Positions 49,946 through 59,360 of a DNA stretch of 64,000 nt are shown here, piece after piece (position 1 is the stretch's first letter; each line of letters begins with the position of its first letter). Source of the stretch: Dehalococcoidia bacterium (GTDB lineage Bacteria > Chloroflexota > Dehalococcoidia > Lucifugimonadales > QGNO01). The stretch spans positions 1,705,011 to 1,769,010 of the forward strand of contig OZ220698.1 of NCBI GenBank assembly GCA_965116555.1, written 5' to 3'. A program made the translations under genes and the position numbers. A model generated the notes under the pieces. The model was not told where the DNA came from and ran no database searches. It saw nothing but the letters and a program-made list of their open reading frames with translations.

Positions 49946-50358
49946 TGCCCGTAATTCTGGGAACAATTCGTAATGGCGCCCCCTACATAGTTGGGCTTGT
50001 TATGCTGCCGCGCTTGGGAATTTCTGGCATCGTTGAGTTTCTCGTAGATACTGGCGCCAGCCGGACTTGCCTGCATCCAAGAGATGCTCGTGCTCTAGGG
50101 ATTGGACTAAGCGGCTTGAGTTACACAAGAAACTCTCAAGGCATTGGGGGCCGCGCTTCCTACTCGCCACACAACGCTTACATCTTGTTCTTTCCTAATG
50201 ACAAGCCTGTAACGCAGCAAGAGAAACTGGAACTGCTAATTGCAGAGCCTACCGATGTTAATCTCGGCTTGCCGTCGTTGCTGGGTAGAGATGTAATCAA
50301 CCGCTGGGCAACTTTATACGCGCCTAGCAACGGAGTGTTACGATTCGATGTCGTCTAG
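49945..50358 (+). CDS. Retropepsin-like (clan AA) aspartic protease
   Basis: 137 aa with the FLVDTGAS active-site motif and the LLGRDVI flap/C-terminal motif typical of retropepsin-like bacterial and archaeal proteases. Confidence 0.7.
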   Translation: MPVILGTIRNGAPYIVGLVMLPRLGISGIVEFLVDTGASRTCLHPRDARALGIGLSGLSYTRNSQGIGGRASYSPHNAYILFFPNDKPVTQQEKLELLIAEPTDVNLGLPSLLGRDVINRWATLYAPSNGVLRFDVV

Positions 50359-50416
50359 TTAGCCCTATGTCGATTGGTGCACAGGCGGGTAATTCCCCTA
50401 GATACGGAGCAAACCA

Positions 50417-51214
50417 TTGACCGATAAACGCATTGCCATGACCATTGCCGGCTCCGACTCCGGAGGAGGCGCGGGCATACAGGCCGACCTCAAGACCTTC
50501 GCCGCAATGGGGGTATTCGGCGCGTCCACCGTCACCGCCGTCACGGCGCAAAACACCCTCGGAGTCACCGCCATCCACGAGATACCGGCGGGTATTATCG
50601 CGGCTCAGATCGACGCCGTTCTCACCGACATCGGAGCCGACGCGGTTAAAACCGGAATGCTCTCCTCTTCCGAGATAATCCAAACCGTGGCCTCTAAAGT
50701 TACGGAGCACGGGGTCGACAAGCTAGTGGTAGACCCTGTGATGGTGGCCAAGGGCGGCGACCGCCTGCTCAGGGAAGACGCCGTGGAAGCATTGCGAGGC
50801 AAGCTATTGCCGCTGGCGACTGTGATCACACCCAATTTGCCGGAGGCCGAGGTGCTCAGCGGACTGACCATCAAGTCACTGGAAGACGCCAGGGAAGCCG
50901 CCAAGCGGGTTCTGAATGCGGGGGCGGCAACCGTGGTAATCAAGGGAGGCCACCTCTCCGGCGATGAGTCGGTGGATATCTTCTACGACGGCACGGAGTT
51001 CCACGAACTGCGCGCCGAGCGTATCGACACCAAGAACACGCACGGCACCGGGTGCACCTTCGCCTCTGCCATTGCCGCGGGTCTCGCCAAGGGCCAGCCT
51101 CTGCTGGAGGCGGTGACGCAGGCCAAGGAGTACGTCACCAATGCCATACGCGGCAACCTGAGCATCGGCGGCGGCCATGGCCCGCTAGACCACTTCTATA
51201 TGAGAAGACCTTAG
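50417..51214 (+). CDS. thiD: Hydroxymethylpyrimidine / phosphomethylpyrimidine kinase
   Basis: [25 protein letters not shown] and [15 protein letters not shown] motifs. TTG start 7 nt after ACGGAG. Confidence 0.92.
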   Translation: MTDKRIAMTIAGSDSGGGAGIQADLKTFAAMGVFGASTVTAVTAQNTLGVTAIHEIPAGIIAAQIDAVLTDIGADAVKTGMLSSSEIIQTVASKVTEHGVDKLVVDPVMVAKGGDRLLREDAVEALRGKLLPLATVITPNLPEAEVLSGLTIKSLEDAREAAKRVLNAGAATVVIKGGHLSGDESVDIFYDGTEFHELRAERIDTKNTHGTGCTFASAIAAGLAKGQPLLEAVTQAKEYVTNAIRGNLSIGGGHGPLDHFYMRRP

Positions 51215-51221
51215 CGTAGCC

Positions 51222-51330
51222 TTGTGCCCCTTCCCCCTTCGATGGGGGAAGGTTGGGATGGGGGTGAACCTGCGTGGACAGCCGACCCCCACCGCTCACC
51301 CTGAGCCTGTCGAAGGGAGTGAGCGCCCCC
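51222..51330. repeat. Hairpin repeat module locus
   Basis: ccccttcccccttcgatgggggaaggttgggatggggg hairpin, and ctcaccctgagcctgtcgaagggagtgag. The latter shares gtcgaagggagtgag with 22157..22171 in reverse. Confidence 0.7.
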
Positions 51331-51356
51331 TCCGTCACCGCCCGCCAATGAACCCT

Positions 51357-52331
51357 CTACGCAACCTCAGGATTCACGCAGTTTGGCATAGCTTCGCCCC
51401 TGAGCCTGGCAACTATGTTGCGGGCAGCCATCACTGCCATCCCCCTGCGGGTGCGCACGGTCGAGCTGCCTATGTGCGGTGTGATTACAACGTTGGGCAG
51501 GGTGAGCAGCGGATGGTCGGAAGGTATCGGCTCGGGTTCCGTGACGTCCAGGCCGGCCCCAGCGATTACGCCGTCGCGCACCGCCTCGTACAGCGCCACG
51601 TTGTCCACCACGGGCCCTCGCGCTATGTTCACCAGGATAGCGTTGCGTTTCATCAGGCAAAGCTCGTCCCGCCCTATGAGGTGATGCGTCTCCGCGGTCA
51701 GCGGCGTGGAGATGCATACGAAATCGGCCATCCCAAGCGCCTCCTTCAGATCGGCGCAATACTCGTATTCGTCTCCCACGTCGCTGCGGCGGCTGCGATT
51801 GTGGTAGAGCACCCTCATCTCGAAGGCTAGGGCGCGCTTGGCCACCTCCAAGCCTATCTTGCCCATGCCTATCATGCATAACGTGGAGTCTGCCAGGTCC
51901 TGTCCCATGTACAGCGACGGATGCCAGTACTTCCACTTCCCCTGCCGTGTTTCCCTGTCTCCCAGCACAACCTGTCTGGCCACGGCCAGAATCAGCGCAA
52001 AGCCCAGCTCCGCCGTGGTCTTGGTGAGCACCCCCGGGGTATTGGACATAGCTACTCCCAACCGGGTGGCAGCGGGCACGTCGAAGTTGTCGTAGCCGAC
52101 GGCCATGTTGGCTACCACTTTCAGGTGGCCGCTACCCTTGGAGAGCAGTACCTCATCGATAGCATCCTCGTTCGTGGTAAAGATGCCGTCCACCTCTGCC
52201 GCCTTTTCCAGCATCACTTCCCTGGGAGGAGCCGCGTCGTCCTCCCACACTTCGATATCGGCCTCGGAAGCAAGCAAATCTAACGCTTCCTGGTCGACCC
52301 GCCTGGTGACAAATACTCGGGGACGCGCCAT
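51357..52331 (-). CDS. D-isomer-specific 2-hydroxyacid dehydrogenase (glyoxylate / hydroxypyruvate reductase-like)
   Basis: 324 aa with NAD-binding MIGMGKIGLEVAKR, NIARGPVVD and the ITPHIGSST catalytic His motif. Confidence 0.9.
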   Translation of the reverse strand: MARPRVFVTRRVDQEALDLLASEADIEVWEDDAAPPREVMLEKAAEVDGIFTTNEDAIDEVLLSKGSGHLKVVANMAVGYDNFDVPAATRLGVAMSNTPGVLTKTTAELGFALILAVARQVVLGDRETRQGKWKYWHPSLYMGQDLADSTLCMIGMGKIGLEVAKRALAFEMRVLYHNRSRRSDVGDEYEYCADLKEALGMADFVCISTPLTAETHHLIGRDELCLMKRNAILVNIARGPVVDNVALYEAVRDGVIAGAGLDVTEPEPIPSDHPLLTLPNVVITPHIGSSTVRTRRGMAVMAARNIVARLRGEAMPNCVNPEVA

Positions 52332-52358
52332 GCACTCCTCCTTATCCCGATAAATGCA

Positions 52359-52384
52359 AGAGGGGCCTCATCCGGGGCCCCTCT
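52359..52384 (-). terminator. GC hairpin downstream of the CoA-transferase gene (possible terminator or processing site, no U-tract)
   Basis: A 9-bp stem, AGAGGGGCC / GGCCCCTCT, lies between the upstream stop and the AAGGAGGAG SD of the next gene. Confidence 0.35.
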
Positions 52385-52406
52385 TTGCTCATACTAGACC
52401 GAGAAT

Positions 52407-53609
52407 CTATACGGCCCCGGCATCCTTCATGGCCTGTACCTTGGCGTCATCGTAGCCAAGCTCTGCCAGCAGATCGTCCGTGTGCTGTCCCAGCCCCGGA
52501 GCGGGCCTGTACTCCTCCTCCTGCCCCATCTTCAAGGGGTTCCCAATTGTCCTGTACTCGCCGGCCTGCGGATGGTTGACAACCGGAGTCATGTTGCGGT
52601 TGATCACGGATGGCTCGGCAAACGACTCGGCCAAGGTGTTGACCCTGGCCACCGGCATGTCATTGCCCAGCTCTGAGTCCCACTCGTCGGCGGTCTTCTT
52701 TGAGAATACGCCGGTAAGGAACTCCACAAGCTCCGCCTTGTTCTTCAAGCGCTCGCCGGGATTGGCAAATCGAGGGTCGTTTGGCAGGTCCCCGTACTCG
52801 TCGGGGTACATCTCCGCCAGCTTGTTCGCCAGCTGCATGTACAGCGGCTGGTTGGCGAACTGTATCTGCACGTGGCGGCCGTCCTTGCACTCCAGGGCGG
52901 TGACCGGGACGTTCGTCGGGTGAGTGGAACCCAGAGGCCCGGGCTCCGAGTCGAACATGAGGTAATACTGGCCTATGTACGCCTGCAGAGTGAGCATGGT
53001 GTCCAGGAGCGCCACGTCCACGTGACGGCCTTCCCCGGTCCGCTCGCGGTCTACCAAGGCCGCCAGAATGCCCGACAGCGCGGCATAAGCGCCCGCCAGG
53101 TCGCCCACCGGCACGCCCATGGTGGAAGGAGCCTGGCCTGGATGGCCTATCACGCTCATCACGCCGCCGCTGGCCTGAATGGTGGTGTCGAATGCGGGGC
53201 GGTTGGGATTGGGCGCTCCGTCGTGCCCGAACCCGGAGATGGAGCAGTACACCAACCTCGGGTTGATCTTGTGGATGGTGTCGTAATCGATCCCCAGGCG
53301 GGGCGGCACCGATGGCCGGTAGTTCTCCACCATCACGTCGGATGTCTTTACCAGGTCATAGAACGCCTCCCTGGCCAGCTCCTCTCGGAAGTTGAGAGTG
53401 ATGCTGCGCTTGTTGCCGTTCAGGCCCAGAAAGTAGTAGCTCTCCACGTCCTTGTACTTGGGCGGGAAGTTCCGCGACGGGTCGCCCGTGCCGGGCTGCT
53501 CCACCTTGATAACGTCCGCTCCCATGTCACCCATCAGGCGGCAGCAGAACGGGCCGGCCAGTACTTGGGTCAAATCCAGAACACGCAAACCTTCCAGTGG
53601 CTTAGTCAT
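52407..53609 (-). CDS. Family III CoA-transferase (CaiB/BaiF family)
   Basis: 400 aa. LEGLRVLDLTQVLAGPFCCRLMGDMGADVIKVE is the hallmark N-terminus. Confidence 0.9.
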   Translation of the reverse strand: MTKPLEGLRVLDLTQVLAGPFCCRLMGDMGADVIKVEQPGTGDPSRNFPPKYKDVESYYFLGLNGNKRSITLNFREELAREAFYDLVKTSDVMVENYRPSVPPRLGIDYDTIHKINPRLVYCSISGFGHDGAPNPNRPAFDTTIQASGGVMSVIGHPGQAPSTMGVPVGDLAGAYAALSGILAALVDRERTGEGRHVDVALLDTMLTLQAYIGQYYLMFDSEPGPLGSTHPTNVPVTALECKDGRHVQIQFANQPLYMQLANKLAEMYPDEYGDLPNDPRFANPGERLKNKAELVEFLTGVFSKKTADEWDSELGNDMPVARVNTLAESFAEPSVINRNMTPVVNHPQAGEYRTIGNPLKMGQEEEYRPAPGLGQHTDDLLAELGYDDAKVQAMKDAGAV

Positions 53610-53779
53610 GAAAAATGCCTCCCTTTCTTCAATGGAAACGTGCCGTAGACACGCAAACCGAGTTTAGGTGCGCCCCCAACCACTGTCAAGGGCGGCGGCT
53701 CTGTAAACCCGTCTGCCCGCCTTGCCCCTCTGCCCGCTTGCCCGCTATACTCGCCCTAATAGCACCTTTGGGGGGAATC

Positions 53780-55123
53780 ATGCCTACCGTAGCCGAGATG
53801 AAGCAGGCCGCAATAGCCGCCATAGAGGAACGCAAGGACGAGATCATGGGCATAGCCCAGCACATTCTGCGCAACCCGGAGACCGGCTTTACCGAGCAAA
53901 AGACTTCCAAGCTGGTGCAAGAGAAGTTTCAGGCCATGGGCATCCCCTTTCAAAACGGCCTGGCCCTCACCGGGGTCAAGGGCGCGGTGGAAGGCGGAGC
54001 CGGGCCTGGACCGTCGGTGGCGGTGATCGGAGAGCTGGACTCGCTGCGTGTCCTGGAGCATCCCTACCATGACGAAGTAACCGGGGCGGCCCACGCCTGC
54101 GGTCATCACTGCCAGATAGGCAGCATGATGGGCGCGATGATCGGGCTTATGGCGCCGGACGTCATAGAGAACCTATCGGGGCGCATAGTGCCCATCGCCG
54201 TACCCGCGGAAGAGTTCATCGAGGTGGAGCGCCGCATGAACCTGCGAGAGAACGGCAGCATAGAGTTCATGGGCGGCAAGCAGGAGTTCATCAAGCTGGG
54301 CATTTTCGACGACGTGGATATGGCAATGATCTGCCACACCATGGCCGATGACTTCAACCTGGCCGTCGGAGGCACTAGCAACGGCCACGTGGTCAAGTTC
54401 GTGCAGTACACGGGCCGGGGCGCCCATGCCGGCGGCGCGCCGCACATGGGCATCAACGCCCTCAATGCGGCAATGATTGCCCTCACTGGCATCAACGCCA
54501 ACCGGGAGACCTTCCGCGAGCAGGATACAGTGCGCGTGCACGGCATCCTGACCCGCGGCGGCGATGCGGTGAGCGCGGTGCCATCCAACGTTACCCTAGA
54601 ATGGCGCGTGCGTTCCGGCAACCTGGACGCCGTAGTGAAGAACAGCGCCAAAGTGGACCGCAGCTTCAGGGCCGGCGCACTGGCTGTAGGGGCAAAGGTC
54701 AGCATCACCAACATAGCGGGGTACCTGCCCATGCGCAACAACAGGACCATGCAGGACCTTTTCGCGGAAAACGCGGCCGACGTAGTGGGCAGAGAGAACG
54801 TGCTGGTAAGGCCCGACACCCACAACGGCGGAGGCTCCACGGACATGGGCGACCTTGCTCATATCATGCCGCTGATCCACCCCTATTGCGGCGGAGCGAC
54901 GGGCACCGGCCACGGCAAGGACTACGTTATCCAGGACTACGAGAAGGCTGTGATCCAGCCTGCCAAGTCGATGGCGGCCACCGTAATAGACCTGCTGTCT
55001 GAGGGAGCGGCCAAGGCTAACCAAGTCAAGGCCACGGACACGCCGCCGATGACCAAGGAGCAGTACCTCAAGTTCCAGAGAGAACGCAATGAGGTCATAG
55101 AGTTCGACGGGGCCACCGCTTAG
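53780..55123 (+). CDS. M20-family amidohydrolase / peptidase (M20D-like)
   Basis: 447 aa from ATG 53780 with GGGGG upstream. AHACGHH metal-binding motif, ..GRGAHAGGAPHMGINAL... The upstream part of the 502-aa track ORF is intergenic or repeat DNA. Confidence 0.85.
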   Translation: MPTVAEMKQAAIAAIEERKDEIMGIAQHILRNPETGFTEQKTSKLVQEKFQAMGIPFQNGLALTGVKGAVEGGAGPGPSVAVIGELDSLRVLEHPYHDEVTGAAHACGHHCQIGSMMGAMIGLMAPDVIENLSGRIVPIAVPAEEFIEVERRMNLRENGSIEFMGGKQEFIKLGIFDDVDMAMICHTMADDFNLAVGGTSNGHVVKFVQYTGRGAHAGGAPHMGINALNAAMIALTGINANRETFREQDTVRVHGILTRGGDAVSAVPSNVTLEWRVRSGNLDAVVKNSAKVDRSFRAGALAVGAKVSITNIAGYLPMRNNRTMQDLFAENAADVVGRENVLVRPDTHNGGGSTDMGDLAHIMPLIHPYCGGATGTGHGKDYVIQDYEKAVIQPAKSMAATVIDLLSEGAAKANQVKATDTPPMTKEQYLKFQRERNEVIEFDGATA

Positions 55124-55139
55124 CGATTCACCGGGCATC

Positions 55140-55276
55140 CCCCTCCCGTCATTGCGAGCCCCGATATAATCGGGGCGTTGCAATCTGGTGGTGCGGGGCG
55201 CACCCGCCCATCCGCTCATGGTGAGCTTGAGTTTACCCTGAGCGCAGCCGAAGGGAACCATATGAGCGGAGACATA
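55140..55276. repeat. Hairpin repeat module locus with nested module
   Basis: cgtcattgcgagccccgatataatcggggcgttgcaatctgg (55147..55188). Then gctcatggtgagcttg[agtttaccctgagcgcagccgaaggg]aaccatatgagcggagac (55214..55273). Confidence 0.8.
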
Positions 55277-55361
55277 GACGGCCATCCGGCTCTTCCAACT
55301 ACGGCGCAACATGCCCTCTCTCAGGTTGTATTGGCAAGGCTCGTTGTGTCATGATAGCGCC

Positions 55362-56126
55362 ATGCCGCAAATGCCCTCAGGAGTTGATCCCATCACCCTG
55401 ATCCCCGCGGTGTTCATAATACTGGCCGCGGGGGTAGTCAAAGGCACCACCGGCTTTGGATTCGCCCTCATAGCCACGCCGCTTTTGCTGCTACTCTGGG
55501 AGCCCAAGACGTTGGTGCCCGTATTCATCCCTCTCAGCATCGTGGCCGATACGTTCATAGTCATACAGACCTGGCGGCAAGTTGAATGGGCTAAGGTATT
55601 ACCTCTTGTGGCCACTGGAGTGGTGGGCGTACCGCTGGGTACTTACGTTTTGCTGGTGGCGCCTTCCGAAATACTGCGTATAGCAGTGGCGGGCATTGCG
55701 CTGACCGTGGCGACTCTCCTACTTCTGGGGATTACCGTGCCGATACGCAGAGAGCGAATAGCATCCGGCGTCACGGGTTTCCTCAGCGGGTTGCTCTCTA
55801 CAAGCACAACCATGTCCGGGCCGCCGGTGGTGCTGATGATGATAAATCAGGGCTGGAACCGGCAAACGTTCCGCGCCTGTCTTGGCATGTTCTTCTTCGT
55901 CCTCCAGCTATTCGCCATCGCATCCCTGACTTTCGCGGGGTCTCTGACGTTGCAGACGCTGGCCGTATCGGCAATTCTGTGGCCGTCGGTGATCGTGGGT
56001 AGCGCCCTGGCTCTGCTTATACTGCCTCGTATATCGCAGCAGGTGTTCATACGCATAGCCATAGTGCTGGTGATGACCACGGCAACCTTGGTAATAGTGC
56101 AGACAGCGCTGCAAGCAACCGGCTAG
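55362..56126 (+). CDS. TauE/SafE (TSUP) family anion exporter
   Basis: Polytopic protein with AAGVVKGTTGFGFALIATPLLLL and a second half-repeat. ATG 55362 is preferred over track start 55311. Confidence 0.8.
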   Translation: MPQMPSGVDPITLIPAVFIILAAGVVKGTTGFGFALIATPLLLLLWEPKTLVPVFIPLSIVADTFIVIQTWRQVEWAKVLPLVATGVVGVPLGTYVLLVAPSEILRIAVAGIALTVATLLLLGITVPIRRERIASGVTGFLSGLLSTSTTMSGPPVVLMMINQGWNRQTFRACLGMFFFVLQLFAIASLTFAGSLTLQTLAVSAILWPSVIVGSALALLILPRISQQVFIRIAIVLVMTTATLVIVQTALQATG

Positions 56127-57781
56127 CCGGCCAGATCTGCCAGCACCTCGCGCACCAAGTCGTAGGGAACGTCGTTGCGCACCACCGACCTGCCAACTCC
56201 CTCCAGGAGTACCCAGCGCAGGTTCGAACCCTCCGCCTTCTTGTCCAGTGTCATCGCCGCCTCCACCCGCTCCATCTCCACGTCGGAGATGCGCACCGGC
56301 AGCTCGAAGCGGCGCAGCACCTCTTCCTGCCGTTCCAAGACGTCGACGGGAGTAACTCCCATGCGCACCCCTATCTTTGCGGCGCCCATCATGCCGATGG
56401 CCACGGCCTCGCCGTGAAGCAGCCTCCCGTATTCCGTGGCGGCTTCCAGCGCGTGTCCAATGGTGTGCCCGTAGTTGAGCAGGTTGCGATAACCCAGGGT
56501 CTCGCGCTCGTCTTGGGAGACCACTTCAGCCTTTATCGACATGCTCCTCTTGATTACTTCGGTGGTCAGCTCATGTTCCAAGCGGATCAAATCGTTGCCC
56601 TGTTGCTCGAAGGTCTCGAATAGACCGGCGTCCAAAATGAGGCCGTGCTTTATAGCCTCCGCCCAGCCCTCCATCGCCTCTCGCACGGGCAGAGTCAGCA
56701 GGGTCGCGACGTCCGCAACCACAATGAGCGGCTGGTGAAATGCGCCGACCAGATTCTTGCCCTGCGGAAGGTCTACCGCGGTCTTGCCGCCTATGGATGA
56801 GTCCATCATGGCGGCTATGCTGGTGGGCACCTGAACGATGCGCATACCGCGGGTATAGGTGGCGGCCACGAAGCCCGCCAGGTCTCCGACCACGCCGCCG
56901 CCAAGGGCGACAACAACGTGGCCGCGCTGCGCTCGCCGCTCCGCCAGCCAGTGGTATATTTCACCGGCTGTGTCCAGAGTCTTGCTTGCCTCGCCGGGAA
57001 CAAATGTGTACAGGTGCGATTCGATACCGGCAAGCTCCAAGGCCGCTTGGACAGCCTCGCCGTAGAGACCGGCCACTGTGTGGTCCGAGATCACGTAAAC
57101 CGGCCCGGTCACACCCGATTTGCTGAGAATCTCTCCAATCTGCGACAGAAGCCCCCAGCCAACCAGCAATGGGCAGTCCCCAACGGAAGAGTGGACCGTA
57201 GCGGCTAGGTGCGGACTGGCGGCCAACGGCTGACCGGCGTCGGCTGGCTTGCCGGAGAGTATGCGCCAGGCGCGCACCACCTCGTCGGCGGCTTGCTGCA
57301 CGGAGATGCTGTTGGTGTTGACCGTCCAGTGCGCCGTGGCATAGGCGGGCTGTCGTTCCGCCTTTTGCTGGCGGATCCTGGCAAGCTGGTCCTCGCTTTC
57401 CAGGAGCGGTCGTACCGCCTCTCTTCCGCGCTGCTTCTTCTGCTCTTGCAGACGCTGGTGAATGGTCTCAGGCGGGGCGTCCAGGCAGACAACTACGCCC
57501 GATACCTCCATGTTCTCTCTGTTCTCTGAAAAAGTTATCGCGCCTCCGCCAACGGCAACCACTCGGCCTTGACCCGCGCATGCTTCACGCACGGCGTCGC
57601 GTTCCAGTTGGCGAAAGTGCTCCTCGCCGTGCTCCTCGAAGATGGCGGCTATGGTCTTGCCCGCCTTCTCAGCAATCTCCTGGTCAACGTCGATGAACCG
57701 CCAGCCGAGGATGCGGGCAACTATCTGACCCACCGTTGACTTGCCCGTTCCCGGGTACCCTGTGAGGATGATGTTTCGCAA
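56123..57781 (-). CDS. aroKB: Bifunctional shikimate kinase / 3-dehydroquinate synthase
   Basis: N-terminal ILTGYPGTGKSTVG...DVDQEI (AroK). The C-terminal ~360 aa have GGGVVGDLAGFVAATYTRGMRIVQVPTS and GHTIGHALE (AroB). Confidence 0.92.
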   Translation of the reverse strand: MRNIILTGYPGTGKSTVGQIVARILGWRFIDVDQEIAEKAGKTIAAIFEEHGEEHFRQLERDAVREACAGQGRVVAVGGGAITFSENRENMEVSGVVVCLDAPPETIHQRLQEQKKQRGREAVRPLLESEDQLARIRQQKAERQPAYATAHWTVNTNSISVQQAADEVVRAWRILSGKPADAGQPLAASPHLAATVHSSVGDCPLLVGWGLLSQIGEILSKSGVTGPVYVISDHTVAGLYGEAVQAALELAGIESHLYTFVPGEASKTLDTAGEIYHWLAERRAQRGHVVVALGGGVVGDLAGFVAATYTRGMRIVQVPTSIAAMMDSSIGGKTAVDLPQGKNLVGAFHQPLIVVADVATLLTLPVREAMEGWAEAIKHGLILDAGLFETFEQQGNDLIRLEHELTTEVIKRSMSIKAEVVSQDERETLGYRNLLNYGHTIGHALEAATEYGRLLHGEAVAIGMMGAAKIGVRMGVTPVDVLERQEEVLRRFELPVRISDVEMERVEAAMTLDKKAEGSNLRWVLLEGVGRSVVRNDVPYDLVREVLADLAG

Positions 57782-57827
57782 GGTTAGGCGTTCCTTTCTT
57801 GCAACGGGGCAATGCGCTGGCGGGGCC

Positions 57828-58262
57828 TCAAGCTATGTCCTTTACCATTTCTACGTGCAGGATGCCTGCTTCCATGAACGTGTTGCCGCGCTCTTGGTAA
57901 CCGCGATTGGCGTAGAAGTGCTTGACGTAGTGCTGAGCGTGGAGCGAGATGAACTTGATCCCCTCCGACCGGGCCTCGTCTTCCAGGAAGGCGAGCACCT
58001 TGCCGCCGATTCCGTCGCGGCGCAGCGACTCGTCTACCGCCATGCGCCCAATGCGTGCCTCGGTTGGCGTGTCCAGAATGAGCCGGCCCGTCCCGACTAC
58101 TACATCGTCCTGGAAAGCGACGGCGTGGACGGCGGTGGCATCCAGTTCGTCCACCTCCAGTTCGGGGGGAACGCCCTGCTCATCGACGAAGACACGGTTA
58201 CGGAGGACGCGGACGGCCTCCATCTCCTGCGGAGTTTCTAACCTTTTAATTACAAGTGACAT
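57828..58262 (-). CDS. GNAT-family N-acetyltransferase
   Basis: 144 aa from ATG 58262, with the RIGRMAVDESLRRDGIGGKVL acetyl-CoA binding motif. Confidence 0.85.
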   Translation of the reverse strand: MSLVIKRLETPQEMEAVRVLRNRVFVDEQGVPPELEVDELDATAVHAVAFQDDVVVGTGRLILDTPTEARIGRMAVDESLRRDGIGGKVLAFLEDEARSEGIKFISLHAQHYVKHFYANRGYQERGNTFMEAGILHVEMVKDIA

Positions 58263-58299
58263 GCCAGAGATTATAGCAAAGGAGACAGAAAAAGGCCGC

Positions 58300-58465
58300 C
58301 TGCCCGTCTGCCACACCCCCTTTCGTCATTGCATCCCCTCCGTCATTCCCGTGCTTGACACGGGAATCCAGTGAGCGGGGCGGTGGGCTCCCGTCTACAC
58401 GGGAGCGACGTACGTAGTGAGCAAACCTCCATCGTCTTCCCCGCGAAGGCGGGGAACCAGGAGAG
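58300..58465. repeat. Hairpin repeat module locus
   Basis: Modules present: cgtcattcccgtgcttgacacgggaatccag (58341..58371); ggctcccgtctacacgggagcgacg (58386..58410); cgtcttccccgcgaaggcggggaaccagg (58433..58461). Confidence 0.8.
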
Positions 58466-58547
58466 TGGAGAGATGCGGCGCCCGTTACCATGTATACTCC
58501 TCTGGTTGCTTACTTATTCGTTTGAAGCGTAAGTCCACAGGCATAAC

Positions 58548-59360
58548 ATGACTCTGAAGGCGTTGAAGCAAACCGTTACCGGCCTCCTGCCGGACATCCG
58601 CACGGGGCGCTGGGGCCTCTTCTGCGATATTGACGGCACCATAGCGTACATAACTCCCCGGCCGGAGCAAGCGCGTGTCAGGCCGGGGGCAAAACGGGCG
58701 CTGGAAGCGCTGGGAGCGCAGCTTGCCGCCGTGGCCGTGGTCACCGGCCGCGAGATGAAAGAGGCGCTGTGCATGGTGGGGGCGAAAAACATCGTTTACT
58801 TCGCAACGCACGGGCTGGAGCGCTGGGAAGATGGGAAACTGAAGGTTGCCCCTGAAGCGGAGCCTTACCGGGACCGGCTTAGGAGCACCACCGCAGAGTT
58901 GGTGAAGCGGTTGACGTTCCCAGGCATAGTCATGCAGACCAAGCCGGTGGGCCTCTCGATTCACTACCGCATAGCAAACGACCCCGAATCGACGCGGGCC
59001 GCGATCCTGGAAGCCGTCGAATCCACCGGTGCCGCTGATTGGATGTTTGTCCGCGACGGACGCATGGTGGTTGAGCTTCTTTTGCCTGTTGCCATCGACA
59101 AAGGCACCTCTCTGCGCACCCTGGCGCACGAGCGCAACCTCGATGGAGTGCTCGTGCTCGGTGATGACGTGACGGACGTGAACATGTTCAAGGCGGCAGC
59201 GGAGATGCAGGCGGGAGGCGGCGTGAAAGCGGTCAACATCGGCGTAGTCGGAGAAGAAACGCCCGCTGAGGTCATTGAGGCAACGGAGTACGGGCTGGGC
59301 GGTGTGGATGAGGTGGAGGCGTTCCTCATCTGGCTGAGCGGCGCGCTGAAGGCTAGCTAG
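58548..59360 (+). CDS. otsB: Trehalose-6-phosphate phosphatase (HAD superfamily)
   Basis: LFCDIDGTI (HAD motif I), VVTGR and LGDDVTD motifs. Adjacent to and convergent with otsA. Confidence 0.85.
   Translation: MTLKALKQTVTGLLPDIRTGRWGLFCDIDGTIAYITPRPEQARVRPGAKRALEALGAQLAAVAVVTGREMKEALCMVGAKNIVYFATHGLERWEDGKLKVAPEAEPYRDRLRSTTAELVKRLTFPGIVMQTKPVGLSIHYRIANDPESTRAAILEAVESTGAADWMFVRDGRMVVELLLPVAIDKGTSLRTLAHERNLDGVLVLGDDVTDVNMFKAAAEMQAGGGVKAVNIGVVGEETPAEVIEATEYGLGGVDEVEAFLIWLSGALKAS

Noticed and set aside
49566-50366. Short imperfect direct repeats flanking the retropepsin cassette (TCTAGggttagtTTAGCC at ~49566-49583 versus TCTAGTTAGCC at ~50355-50365) as a target-site duplication
   Set aside because: They are too short and interrupted to distinguish from chance. 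They are mentioned only as something to re-examine if an empty site is found in a relative.
59353-59360. 8-nt overlap of the convergent otsB and otsA 3' ends
   Set aside because: This is a trivial stop-region overlap of convergent genes, with no additional structure.
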